Shown: one piece after another, positions 40,001-52,381 of the stretch
Position numbering within the stretch: the stretch's first letter is position 1
Layout of the letters: every line of letters begins with the position of its first letter
From: Laetmonice hystrix
Taxonomy: Eukaryota
Assembly: GCA_965235115.1 (NCBI GenBank)
Contig: OZ249440.1
Location: 34,350,001 to 34,414,000, forward strand
Length of the DNA stretch: 64,000 nt
Reading direction: 5' to 3'
Position numbers and translations under genes: made by a program
Notes under the pieces: generated by a model
The model's input: the letters and a program-made list of their open reading frames with translations, nothing else
Database searches by the model: none
What the model was told of the DNA's origin: nothing

Positions 40001-40498
40001 AAAACGAATTTGATTGGAATAGATTTTTGTTGTTGGTTTTTCGTTTCGGGTTTTATACGTTTTCAGAAGAATTACCCAATTACTGAAATAAATATTAGGT
40101 AAAGTAAATCAATATACTAACGATGGAGACAACCGAATGTCTGATTCTATTGGATGTGGCCCTGAAGGGCGTGCCAGCACCCAGTTGCCACTGCTGTCGC
40201 AATGTTAGAACTCGACATGTCCTGCCCTTTGCGACTAACAAAGAGGGTGTCACTTTGTCCAGCTGGTAGCCCCATCTCCTTCTTGGTGCGGATGAACAGG
40301 CACAAGTTGTGAGTCATAGTCACAGCATACTTGCAGTCATCATATGAAAGCCATTGCTGGCTGGGGTGGCCCTCTCCACGTCACCGTTGGTCAGTTTCCT
40401 AAAGATGCCTGCGCAGTTTGCGTTCTGAAGGCACAGGGTTACCATCAGGTAATTCCTGACCCTGCAGAACTCTAGTGCCAAGAGTGTTAATATTTCCC
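37052..40498 (-). pseudogene. Multi-exon tyrosine recombinase gene (Crypton-like), degraded and 5'-truncated
   Basis: Exon 40498-40122 gives RNYL...QNANCAG, LFVSRKG and TSNRIRH; it splices in phase 0 to 38683, giving LASFMCHSARMQRETY. Further GT-AG-bounded exons continue to a stop at 37052 followed by AATAAA. Confidence 0.75.
38757..40077. mobile_element. Sola-type non-autonomous element in the YR intron
   Basis: TIR GGGTCATTCTCCTGAAAACGTATAAA / TTTATACGTTTTCAGAAGAATTACCC, AATT TSD, many internal GTCAGTGGTGT motifs. Confidence 0.85.
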
Positions 40499-40969
40499 CT
40501 GCCATAACACGTATTATTTTCAAGAACGGAAATAGGAAGGTGGGCCAGGGGGTCCTGAATCCGCCACGACACAGAATAGGGATATATAAGAATGTTTCGG
40601 GAGATGTAGAGACCAGTTTACGGGGTAGGGACAAGGTCATGGCTATGGATCTTTCACAGACGGGTGGGCACAATTATCTAACCTGTACTTTTCCCTCGAT
40701 TTTTTTTTAAATTAGAAGGACGAAAATGTAATTTCCTGTACATGGCAGCTACAAGTCTTGTTCTTAAATTTGGCAAATGATGGCTTTAAAATACATGTTG
40801 ATAAGCATTTTTGTGGTTGTTCATTGTTCTTTATACAATTACCCGACCATGCGTATGGAACGGTATACATCCTGGTACCAAGCGACGGAGAAGTCTGTTT
40901 CCATTTGGATATGGGACAGAGTGCCGAGCATGAAAATGTCCTAACTACACAGGAACACACTCTCATCTG

Positions 40970-41146
40970 GGGTGCGTTTCTGTAAGGAAAGATGTCTTTG
41001 TGCAAAGAGTCTTTCAAAATCAAAAGAAGTCTTTTCGGGACCAGTGTTAAAGAATAGAGTGTTATAGAAACACCACCTCGCCGCAAAGACTCTTTGGGTT
41101 CAGCGAGGGTCTCAAAGAGTCTTTTGGGCTTTATAGAAATGCACCC
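40970..41146. mobile_element. Harbinger-like MITE
   Basis: GGGTGCGTTTCT / AGAAATGCACCC with CTG TSD. Confidence 0.65.
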
Positions 41147-41224
41147 CTGAAGTGGTTTTCTTTCCCAAAGGAAACAGAAAGGTGCATCATTTCAAAACAT
41201 TTTACAACCTTCAAATGAAAACTT

Positions 41225-41655
41225 GTTTATTTGAGCTCTTCACGGCCTAACCCAACGTAGGCATGAAATTGTTTATACTCGATGCAGGATTGGTCATTCT
41301 AGATTAACCCACGTGTTTTCATTGAAGGGGGAGCCACCTCCAGAGTATCATGGCTGTCAGTGTCCTTTGACACTGAAGCATCTTTTACTTGAGTGTGGTG
41401 ATTTTACTCTGATCAGACAACGGTTTTATAGTGAGACAAGTCTTAAGGATCTTTTTAACAATGTCAGACCAGGAGTGATTTTAGAGTTTTTGTCAGAAGC
41501 TGGACTTCTGATTCTTTTATAGTTCAGGCTCGTCGATAGCCCAGTTGGGCTGACAGGATGGAGTGTGTTTTAATGGTATTCCCGTTGGGGCCCGGGATAA
41601 AATAGGTTCCTTTCATTTCATGGTCTTTTAACATTGTTTTCGCCGTGAAGATGGG
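41225..41655 (+). mobile_element. I-clade LINE 3' fragment (ORF2 C-terminus and 3' UTR)
   Basis: RCRIGHSRLTH...PPP..GCQCPLTLKHLLLEC...FLSEAGL*. Confidence 0.85.
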
Positions 41656-43017
41656 TTAATCTAGAATCCTGCATCGAGTGGGTGTGGGAGGGAACTCGTG
41701 GTCTAGGAGTCTGTGGGCCTTGTTGTCTCCACCTAATAAGGCAGTACTATAAGTTATACCCATGGAATTTTGGCCAATGTATCTCCATATATCTGTTATG
41801 TATTATCAGTTGTCATTATATGTTATTAGTATGTTATTTATACAGTACTTATATATATTAGTATGATATTTATACTTGTTATATATACACCATACATTAC
41901 CTAAGGGTTTGCCTGGGTACAGCTCCATTATCATCTTCTCCAGTCTTTCAAGTGGCCAATTTCGATCTATAATAACTCCTCCTTCTTTCCTCTCTTTTGC
42001 TGATGAACCTGTCAAATTGAGAAAAACTGTGTTCTGGGATAGCGAGAGAGACACACGCCCCAGTAAAAAATACATGAAATCCGAATGTTTCACAGACTAC
42101 CAAATACTGATAATGTTTGTATTACGCCACTACAAATGAAGGGTGGTCCTTGATGGAATGACGGACCACACTTCATTATCAAAGACTTTATTGAATTGCC
42201 AAGATCACTGCAAACCACTTGTCACTCTAAGGCAGTTTGTGAGAAAAGTAATTTTCTTTGCACCAGGGTTGTTAAAAATCATAATTTTTTAAAATAAAAA
42301 AATCAGATTTTGTTATTTTAAATCGATTTTTTTTATTCAAATCAGATTTTTTTGGTGCTGATTTGGATCAATGCCTGTGAGTTTGAGTGATATCATAGAA
42401 AGATCAAATAAATTCAGTTAATATTGATTTATTCATATATAAACCAAGTCAAGATTGAACAAAAAGCAATGTTTGTGCTTATTAGCAAGAAACAAAATCA
42501 AAACAACAGACCAGCTGTTGGCTGTTGGTTAGTACGGTATGTTGAGTAACTTGAGTTGTAGGTGATAGACAATTCTATTATCTACTATTAGACCAAAGAA
42601 ATTTCCAATAAAGAATATTGCCTTTTGACAGCAAATCATTTGTTGAAAATTAAATACGCTAAAATGGACTTTTAAGACTTAAGTGTTACAAAAAAATAAG
42701 TGTGGATGTCACGATTTTTTTAATTTTCAAAAAAATCATTTTTGATTTTTTTGTTTTTACCTTGATTTAAATTGTGATTTAAGTTGTAAATTGAAAACAT
42801 AAAGAATCCATTTACTATCAAATCAGTCACTTCAGCAGCTGTCGGGAAAAACTCCGTGTTTGAGCGCTTCATCAGAAATATGGAAGTTTTCCAAATTGGT
42901 TTGAGTTTTCTTCCCCTTTTCTTCTTTCTGGTGCTTCCTAAAAAATAAAAAATGGCCAGTCAACAAAATAGAACAATCTCTCCTGTACTGTCTCTACAGA
43001 ACACAAAACCTCTAATA

Positions 43018-43315
43018 CAGGCATGGGCAACTTGCGGCCCGCGGGCCAAATGCGGCCCGCCAGATAATTTCCTGCAGCCCGCACAGCCCTTCCACATAGT
43101 AAAAGGAATGCAGCCCTCACAATGAATCTTAGCATTGAACTGATTTTTTAGTTTCATTGGTGATCCACGCGCATGGTAGGCCTACAAATAGGCCTCAATA
43201 GGTATGAAGTCCTATAGGTTATAGTTCTGTGGATGGTAGCTGCCATTTGTTGTGGCCTGCGTCATAACTGCTGAATCTGCTTGCAGCCCGCCAGACAAAA
43301 AGTTGCCCACCCCTG
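43018..43315. mobile_element. hAT (Charlie-like) MITE
   Basis: CAGGCATGGGCAACT / AGTTGCCCACCCCTG with perfect 8-bp TSD CTCTAATA. Confidence 0.9.
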
Positions 43316-44751
43316 CTCTAATAGATCTGTCAGTGATCAGTGGGCATTCTTGACAATGATTTATCACTTGGTGACAGGCCATAGATCTCCCATCTTCACT
43401 GCATGGTAATGTAGCATGATTTTGGCCTGAGATAAACTGTGACTGTGCTTATGGATCTTTAGAGTACCCTATTAATTTTTGAACTGCAAATATACTGCAC
43501 CAACAAACAAATTTTATCATGCGACTGTTCACACCTACCTGCAACTGTGACAGAAGATCTGGGTCGGAAGGACTGGCGAACACTAGGGAAGAGATCGTCA
43601 AGGGATTCCACACAAGACCCTGACTCCCTGCTCTCTGTCCTTCCTGTCGCTGTTAGGGAACTTGCCAACAGTCTTTGGATTACCTCTTGTGGCTGAGCCA
43701 TCTTCAAAGTCCTGAAAGATATCATAATGTCACGAATGACAACTGATTGAGAATGCTGTCGAAAATCTTCTGGACATTTATAAAAAAAATGCTCTGATGC
43801 ATGCTGTTCCACCTGGAATCGCCCGTCTACACATATTAGCGCCCAATGCAAATTCCGCAGAGCCCCAACGTTAGGCCTACTAATACAATTTTTTTCATTT
43901 TTTTTTTCCATTTGAATGAGAATGATTGTCAGTCCATGTAAAAATCGAATGGATTTCACGAAAATCGGCAGGGGTAGGCCAATGAACAAACCCCATGCAA
44001 AGGACTTTGGCCGAGATCGCTGGCATGCTGAGAGCACTGTCAAACTCAGTAGGCTAACGGCCTGGTTACTGCTGGAACTAGTGGTAGGCCTCCTCCGTAG
44101 GCCGGTCAGTTCTTGTTCTTGTTCTTTGTTATATCTAGCAGGTATATCAGACAGTGGTGGTATTTATGCAGGGTTCGTTTGAGAAAAGGTGCGTTCAGGC
44201 TTGGGTGCGGATGGGCGAGGGTGCGGAGCATACTGGGTGCGTTCTCAGGTGCGGACATACCAAAGGTGCGGACTGACTGGAAAGCGTGATCAAGACCCCG
44301 GCCGGAGTCTACGCAGGAGGTGAAGATAATAAGATTATATCGTGCAAACTAAATCAACATTTAAAAGATTCAAACGTTGTCAAGAAATAGACCGACTAGC
44401 TAGTAGCTACGTACCTTAGTTATACATACAGAAAGAACCCACACGCCGAGTGTCACGCGGTTTAGGTTTCCGCACACTGATTCACCGTATCTATCGGTTC
44501 ACACCACTGATCTCTACACTGATTTCACTTGATTGGGGTGAAACAAGGATAGGAACAATATCCATAGAATTGTTGCAGTTGTCCAGATGAGATAATGCGC
44601 GTGGCCTGCCAGCCAAAGTTTTAGCCTTGGCCTGGGTGGCACGGCCAGGCGTCAAGTAGGAAGTATCCACCACAAAATATATAGTGATCTGAGACCGCCA
44701 TCTGGGCTGGGGAGCGGTTCGAAATCCCAATGGATTTTTAAATTGGGTCAC

Positions 44752-45386
44752 GAATTAGTGATATCAAAAATACAATTAGAGATATCAGAAATTATATTAC
44801 AGATATCAAAAATAGGAAGAGAAATTGAATTAATGATATCTGCAATTCTATTTCTGATATCTGAAATTCAATTTCCGATATCAAAAAAACAATTTTTGAT
44901 ATCTGCAAATAGAAGAATTAGAGATATCATTAATTGATTGGAGATATCAGAAATTGAATTAGAGATATCAGAAATTGAATTAGAGATATCAAAAACTGAA
45001 TTAATGATATCACTAAATGATTTAACGATATCAGAAATTGAATTAATGATATCAAAAATTGAATTAGAGATATCAAAAAAAGAAAGGCATTTAGTGATAT
45101 CATTAATCCATTTATTGATATCGGCAATTCAATTTTTGATATCTCTAATTTAATTAGTGATATCTCTAATTCTATTTCTGATATCACTAATTCTATTTCT
45201 GATATTGCTAATTCATTTAGTGATATCACTAATTCTTTTTTGATATCTCAAATTATTTCTTGATATCATTAAATATTTAATGATATCAAGAAATGATTTA
45301 GTGATATCAAGAAATGAATTAGAGATATCAAAAATTCATTTAATGATATCTCTAAATAGGAATAAATGTGAAAACGGCGCCCCATA
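44752..45386. repeat. 21-bp-period GATATC repeat block, probably the remnant of a repeat-rich DNA element
   Basis: GATATC every 21 bp with units in both orientations; ends in AAAACGGCGCCCCATA with no partner TIR seen. Confidence 0.75.
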
Positions 45387-45581
45387 TAGTATCCCCCTGA
45401 CGCCAGGTAAGTCAGGAACATTTCCATTCTTCTGTTTGATGCAGACTCCGAGGCATGTGGGGTTCTTTCTCTTCTTCTTGCATGAAATTGCCACGATATC
45501 TATTTGGTCCTCCCTCAACCTCATGTGATTCTGTCCTGGCTCCTCACATTCAGCTGCCCTATCATCAACTATTCCCGCAAC

Positions 45582-45815
45582 AGTGAGTGAGTGAGTAGTG
45601 GTGGTTTTGCGCCGTATCGGCATCCGCGGCCATCTTCAAGGCGAAAACTGAGTTAAAAGACCATAAAACCAAAGGAACCTATTTTACCCCGGGTCCCAAC
45701 GGGAACACCACCAAAAGACATCTATAAAAGAGTCAGAAGTCCAGCCTCTGACAAAAACTCTAAAATCACTCCTGGTCTAACATTGCTAGGAAGATCCTTG
45801 AGACTTGTCTCACTA
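45582..45815 (-). mobile_element. I-clade LINE 3' end with (ACTC)n tail
   Basis: Reverse complement matches 41430-41655 and continues to CCACCACTACTCACTCACTCAC. Confidence 0.85.
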
Positions 45816-46559
45816 TTATTCCCACAACAACCTCTTGAGCTGCTACAAAATTACATGGTGGCAAACACAAGATTATGGGCAGGTACTTTAAAATCTGTCC
45901 GGTGTTAACCCCCAGGGGATTAGTTTTACCACTAATAGGAAAGACCATTGGAACTTGCCATAATAAACACCAGCTGCAGTTCAGTTCAACATCTAGCGTT
46001 CCAGCTGGTGTCAACATGACACAGATACCAAATTTAAAGTCACCCACTGGATACATATGACCAACTACAGTGTTGATAATAAACCAAGGTTTACAGACTA
46101 GAACTGAAAAACTGTCAATGACTATGAATAAAACCTGGTGCATTCTCGCCTGTATGCATACCTGGCTTGGTGATGCAAGGTGGTCTTAATCTTTGGTTGA
46201 GTTGGGGCAGTACTGCCACTGGCAGTGTTGAGAGGCTCTGTAGAGAGTTGGCACCCTTCTAGGCACTCAAAATCCTCTCTAGACTTGTGAACTTTAGATC
46301 TCAAGTGCCATAACACACTGTGATTGTTGACAAACCCAGTCACATAATTTTGCAAGTCTACGTCTTGACCACAGAGTGATGGCAGTATTTTGTAGCTATG
46401 TTTAGCACAGGTCTTGCACCATCTTCTTTCCCCTCAATCTTCTCTGTTTTGCAGGCTGGCTGGTTGGCAATTAACACTAAGCCCTGCTCCGATGCAAGTG
46501 TTCAGCAAATAAGATTGGACCTTCCCGGGAAGCTTGAGCAGGCCTGCCCTCCTGCTGCT

Positions 46560-49500
46560 TGTATAACGCTCTGATGCAGCATCACTCCAAGACCTCGTGC
46601 TAGGCAAGACCCATAGGTCAACTGCTTTATTGGTAATATCAGGTATTAACCTGCAGGATGGCATACATGTTGTAGCTCTGTATTACATCTCCCTTACTTT
46701 ACTTTGAATAAAACATGAGTGAATGTCACGACTAATAATTTAGTCTCCTTGTTTCCTTTTGCGAGTTACTTAAATTTAAGTAATGTAATTTGACTGATGA
46801 TACTGTTCTAGCTGGCCTATCAACAGATACTGCAGTCTTCCAGTCTTTTGTTTTGCATGTCCAACAAATATAGTAACCAAACTAGCAATACAAAGCTTAA
46901 CTCTAAACTACACGTGGATCTGTAAATCCGTACGCTGACTCAGTTTGCATGGACGGTATACGGTTCTTTTGGTCTAAATAAGGGTTCATCGGGTAGACTG
47001 CCTCACCCTTGTCTCAGGTATTATTCTGACCTGTTTTAAGTTACAAAGTCTTTCAGGCGACTTGGCACCTTGACTCGTCTGCCTGACCGAGTGTGCGTCG
47101 TCTGCTGTGACTGTTCATCTGGTGTTCAGCTGGTGCATTCACAAGAGCTGGCGTCTGCACTCCTGCTATACGCTGGGGGTTTGTCGTCTCTGTCCTGTCC
47201 CTGCATTCTCGTGCATGAACTCTGTTCCGTCTATACTCCCGTCCATCGACATCTATGACATAAGACGAGTCGTCTTGCGTCACTGTTCCGGGAGACCACT
47301 CCTTATTCTTGGATGGTCTGAGTTTTACACGTACCTTGTCCCCAACTAAGAGCTTCGGTAGGGGTTTTGCTCGTCTGTCGTACTGCTCCTTATTGCGCTG
47401 TTTTGATCTGACTGAAGCCGCAACAATTTCTTCAATAGGAGTGATGACTGGTCTGAGCTTGCTTGATTTCACTGGTAATGGTGTTTTCAGTTTCCTACTG
47501 TTAAGCTTCTGTGACGGCGAGTAGCCATTGATGTCTGGTGTATTCCGATGTTCCAAGAGCCCTAGATATTGATCCGTGCTCTTCTTGAGTATAGCTTTCG
47601 CTGTTTTGACCGCCGCTTCTGCAGTACCGTTCCCTTTTGGATGGTGCGGATCACTAGTGTGATGCCTAAAGTTCCAATCCCTGGCGAACTTGATGAAGTC
47701 CTTGTTTACGAATTGTGGCCCATAATCGTCTGATGGTCGTCTGGGCTGCTGTGTCTGGCAGCTCCTCCATCTCGAAGAATCTCGTCAAGTTGTCCACTAC
47801 AATGATGTAATCCTTGTTATGAATCGTGAATAGATCAGCGGAACACACTTGCCAACGTCTCGTTGGTATGGGTTGACTCTTCATGGGCTCACGGCAGTTG
47901 TTGGGCTTGTGTGTCTGACATGCCTGGCATCCTTCACACATGGCTGTAACATCCTTGTGAATCGTAGGCCAGTATATGCTGTCTCGTGCCTTGCGAAGTG
48001 TGGCTTCCACTCCAAGATGGGACGAGTGTAGCGTTTCCATGATGGACTGGCGCATTGTGGCGGGTACAAGCACTCTCACTCCACGATAGATTACTCCGTT
48101 CTCCACTGATAACTCATCTCTGTATGGCCAATACTGCCTGACGTCTGTTTCCAGGTACGACTTGTCATCTGGGAATCCTTTTCCTATCGTTGCCGCTAAT
48201 GCCTGGAGTATTGGTTCCTCTTCTGTCGCTTTCCTCACTTTCTCCAGTGTTACATCGCTGACATTGTGATAGATCGCACTGTTGGTGTCCTCGATCTCCT
48301 CTCCTTGAGATGGACCTCCGCGGCCAGCGTGAAGATCTCATATTCTGATTTGTGGTCCTGCTGCGGTGTCCTCAAGGGTCTTCTTGATAGGTGGTCGCTG
48401 ATAAACATCTGCGATCCTTTCCTGTATTTCACAACCAGGTGGTACCTCTGTAGCCTGAGCATCATTCGTTGTATCCGCTTGGGGCTACGTTTATAGGTTT
48501 AGCCAGTATCACCTCAAGTGGCTTGTGATCACAGTGAGCTGTGATGCTGTCTTTTCCCATCAGATACTGATCAAATCTTTGACACCCAAAGACTAATGCT
48601 AAGCACTCCTTCTCCAGCTGAGAGTACCTGCGTTCTGTCTCGGTAAGTGTACGACTTGCATACGCAACGGGGCGTCCTTGCTGCATTATCACTGCTCCCA
48701 TGCCGTATTCCGATGCGTCTGTCTCTAACTCGCATCCTTCATCTACATCAAAGTACTTGAGGCACGGTGGGCTTGAAATTCTCTTCTTTAAAGCTTCCCA
48801 GGCTTCTTCATGCTGTTTTGCCCATAAGAACTCCTGATCCTGTTTCGTCAGTTCTCTCAATGGTTGTGCCATCTCACTCAGTTGTGGTATAAACTTTGAT
48901 AAGTAGGTAATCATACCGAAGAATCTCTTTGTTTCTGCCTTGTCTCTCGGTCTCGTCATCTTCTGTATCGCTTCGACCTTCTCCGGGTCTGCACAGAGTC
49001 CATCCTTCGTAAGCACGTGTCCTTGGTACTTGACGCTTTCCAGGCAAAACTGTAGCTTGTCTCTGTTTAACCTGAAGTTCCTCTCTCTGCATCTCTCCAG
49101 TAGAGCGATAATCTTCTTGTCATGGTCTGCGATCGCGTCCTGTTTCGTGTTGCCTTGACCGATGATCACACAATCATCTGCAATGACATGAACTCCTTCC
49201 AATCCTTCAATGATCTCCTGTGTCCTTCGTTGGAATTCCTCTGGTGCTGAACTCACTCCAAATGGAAGCCTCGTCCACCTGTACCTGCCAAACGGCGTAT
49301 GGAACGTCGTCAGCTTCGATGACTTCTCATCTAACTTTATCTGCAGAAATCCATCCTTGGCATCTACGATCGTAAAGACTCTTGCTTTACTCAACTGTGG
49401 TGTAATGTCCTCTAATGTTGGCATCCGATGTTTTGGTATCTTCACTTGTGTGTTGAGCTCTTGCGGATCCAAACATATTCTTAGCCTCTTGCCTGGTCTC

Positions 49501-51485
49501 TTGACATACACCGCTGAACTGACCCACTCTGTTGGATTCTTCTCTCTTTTCAGTATTCCTTCCTGCTCCATCTCTCCTAGTCTCTGTTTCAGTTCCTCCC
49601 TCAGTGCGACTGGCACTGTCCTGGGTGCATCTTGCCTTGGCTTCCCTTGCTCCTTTAGCTCAATGGTATATGTGCCTATGTCTCCTAATCCTGTGAATAC
49701 GTCATTGTACTCCTGTAGCACTTTATCCTTTGTCAGAGTCTTTGTTATAGCTACTGCATTAACCAAGAGCTCTCTCTTAATCTTTAAGAGTTTAAGGTCC
49801 TCTGATGCCTGCCCTGATAGAAGAGATATGGATGCAGTCTCTATTACTTGAAAATTGAACACTTTCTCCAGACCGTTGAGTCTCACTTGCAGTTCTACCT
49901 GTCCCAGCGGCTCAATGATCTGTCCTCCGTATGCCGTTAGCCATACATTCGTTTTCTTCCATTTCGGCTTCTTCTTAACTGTCATCAGGTCTTGCAGTCT
50001 TATGCAATTGACAGCACTTCCATTATCTATCTGCATCCGTATTGGAGCCCAAGTGTCTCGCGACTGTAGCCTCACGTCTGGTAGCACTACACACTGTGCC
50101 GTTCCTGTTCTGTTGACTGCATACACGTCATACTCCTGAATATGCTTGACCTCTTCCGTGTCTGTATCTGTATGTTTCTTCCTCTCTTTGTACTAGATGC
50201 GCTTGTTTAGACCTCCGATATCGCATCCTTCTTCGGACTGTATCTCCTTTCTGTCTTGTACCAATCATCTGTCGTTTTCTCCGACTTCGTTGTACAGACT
50301 TGTTGAAAGTGATTCATCTTGTTGCATTTCTTGCATCTTCGTCCATAAGCTGGGCATCTTCGTGGTGGATGGTTAGTTCCGCAATACGTACAATTCCTTA
50401 TCTGACCTTCTGCTCTGTGCACCTATCTTGTGTACCGTATCCACCTCACCATCTATAGCCTTAATCTGCTCCTGTGCTCTCTCAGCAGCTCGACATATAT
50501 CTAGCCATCCTGGTAGCGTTAGGTTTCTTTCTCCCAGTAACCTTCTTCTCACTCCGTTGTCCCTGATGCCAATCACCATACGGTCTCTGATGAGGGAATC
50601 TTGAAGCTCTCCAAACTCACATGCACCTCCCAACTTGCGTAACCTCGTGACATACGTGTCAATCTTGTCATCCTCCTGGTTAGCTGAGTTGAAAAGGAAT
50701 TGCTCATACGTGACGTTTTTCTGTGGGGCAAAATGACCCCTTAGTGCTTCCAAGACTGCTGTAGGATCCGTCCTATCCCCGACTGCTAGATTTGCTTCTA
50801 CTTCAAGAGCTTGTCTGCCCAAGACCGTCTTCAGTGTAGCCAATATGATAGGCCTCTCTTCTGTGGCAAGTTTTGTGGCAATGCTCCAATTTGTCCAAGC
50901 TTCCTCGAAATGTTTCCAATTTTCGGCAAGCGATCCACCCTCTAGCTGCATAGGCTGTGGTGGTGGTAGGGTGCTAACTCTGCTCCCCTCAGCCATGTTG
51001 TCCTAATTCCTGTGGTGACAGGTCTGTCTCCGGCTGTGTCCTTTTTTTTACGGTCTTCCCTTAGCAATCCTCCGTTAGGAATCATGAACAGCACGGCACA
51101 CCGTTGCAGTTTCCCTGTCCACTCCCGTTCTGTCTGCGTACAAGCTTCCTGAGCTATACGAAATCCAACTTGGCGCGCACGAGTTCCGAATGCTGCTTCC
51201 GACCGTGTTCCAGTTCAGGAGTCGGCTTACTCCTTTATTACACGCTCAGGCGCCCGTGGGAGACGCTTACTGAGTGCGGGTTTGCCTTATCTATTAATGT
51301 GTACTCACACATGACGCTGTCAACACTCTCGGTCGACGAAATTGACTTCTGACACCATGTATAACGCTCTGATGCAGCATCACTCCAAGACCTCGTGCTA
51401 GGCAAGACCCATAGGTCAACTGCTTTATTGGTAATATCAGGTATTAACCTGCAGGATGGCATACATGTTGTAGCTCTGTATTACA
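46560..51485 (-). mobile_element. Ty3/Gypsy (Mag-like) LTR retrotransposon
   Basis: Identical 128-bp TGT..ACA LTRs (46560-46687, 51358-51485), 5-bp TSD CTGCT, PBS TGGTGTCAGAAGT (tRNA-Leu-like), PPT AAAGTAAGGGAGA. Confidence 0.95.
47053..50996 (-). pseudogene. gag-pol: Gypsy gag-pol, broken into several frames
   Basis: gag with IRDRMVIG and two Cys/His knuckles; protease IDNGS; RT IADD; RNase H TDAS; integrase HSSHLG..CEGC and SADLF. At least four frame breaks and a deletion in the integrase core. Confidence 0.92.
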
Positions 51486-51517
51486 CTGCTCACTGCACCC
51501 ATGGATGCACTGACACG

Positions 51518-51762
51518 GGACCTTTGATCCAAAGGTTCTTGGTTCAAGCCATGCCGGCGCCGGCGCTGGACTTTCCTGCACGGCTTTATCAATGGCCGGC
51601 CGTGTCACGATAGGTCTATGTGGAGGGGCATGTTAAAGATCCCTTGGCATCTATTGATCAGAGTAGGGGTTCGCCCCGATGCCGGGTTTCCTCCTATCAT
51701 CTCATTATTATCACCGACTGAGTTAGTTACCTTGTTCTCGCTCTGAAATAGCTGCAATTACT
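51518..51762 (+). mobile_element. Truncated copy of the tRNA-SINE
   Basis: Colinear with the reverse complement of about 25455-25720. Confidence 0.9.
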
Positions 51763-52381
51763 GGGGTAGTGAGAACCCTTTTTGAAGGATCATAATTATT
51801 ATCCTGTTGACATCTCAACTTTGAGTATAGACTACAGTTGTTTTGGGGAGAAACTGAAATGGTAGTTTTATTAGTGAATGGTGACCTGCCCGTCTTGGCG
51901 CCGCTCAATACACCTGCGTGGTGTACAAGGCTGGAGTCGGCTGGCTCCGTGTACAATTAAACAGACGGTCACGGCTAGAAACGCGGCGATGCGGTTTTGG
52001 AAAATATAAAATGAAATATGCTGTACCCAAATACAAAGTAACTGGTCGTTGACAAACGGCACAGTGCAGCAGCGGCACACAACTCAAAGTGTGGCAATAA
52101 AAAGGTAAACTCAGCAAAGGCGCATTATCGAGAACACTCAGTGACCGGCAAACTTGGTAAAATGTAAAGTGATAAAATGCTAATTAACTGACTTCAGCTA
52201 ATACTTGACAAGGAAAACAGCGTTCCAACAGTCGTGCTCGGCTAGCATGGCAGGCGTAGCAGCAGGGGTTCTTCTGTTTCTTCCATTTGTTGCCGTTCCG
52301 TTTGTTGCCGTTCCGTTTTTGTTTTAGGTTAATTAGCGTGCCACTTATACAGGGCACGGAGAAAACAAACCAATTACATGT

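Noticed and set aside
44185..44286. GGTGCG repeat cluster as a regulatory site
   Set aside because: Looks like one end of a MITE with no partner end; not assignable.
44743..45528. ORFs with 7-aa Ile/Ser/Leu periodicity
   Set aside because: Artefacts of the 21-bp repeat, open on both strands.
45816..46559. Coding-like segment flanking the Gypsy element
   Set aside because: Short broken frames without an identifiable motif.
49210..49851. 213-aa plus-strand ORF
   Set aside because: Antisense shadow of Gypsy pol.
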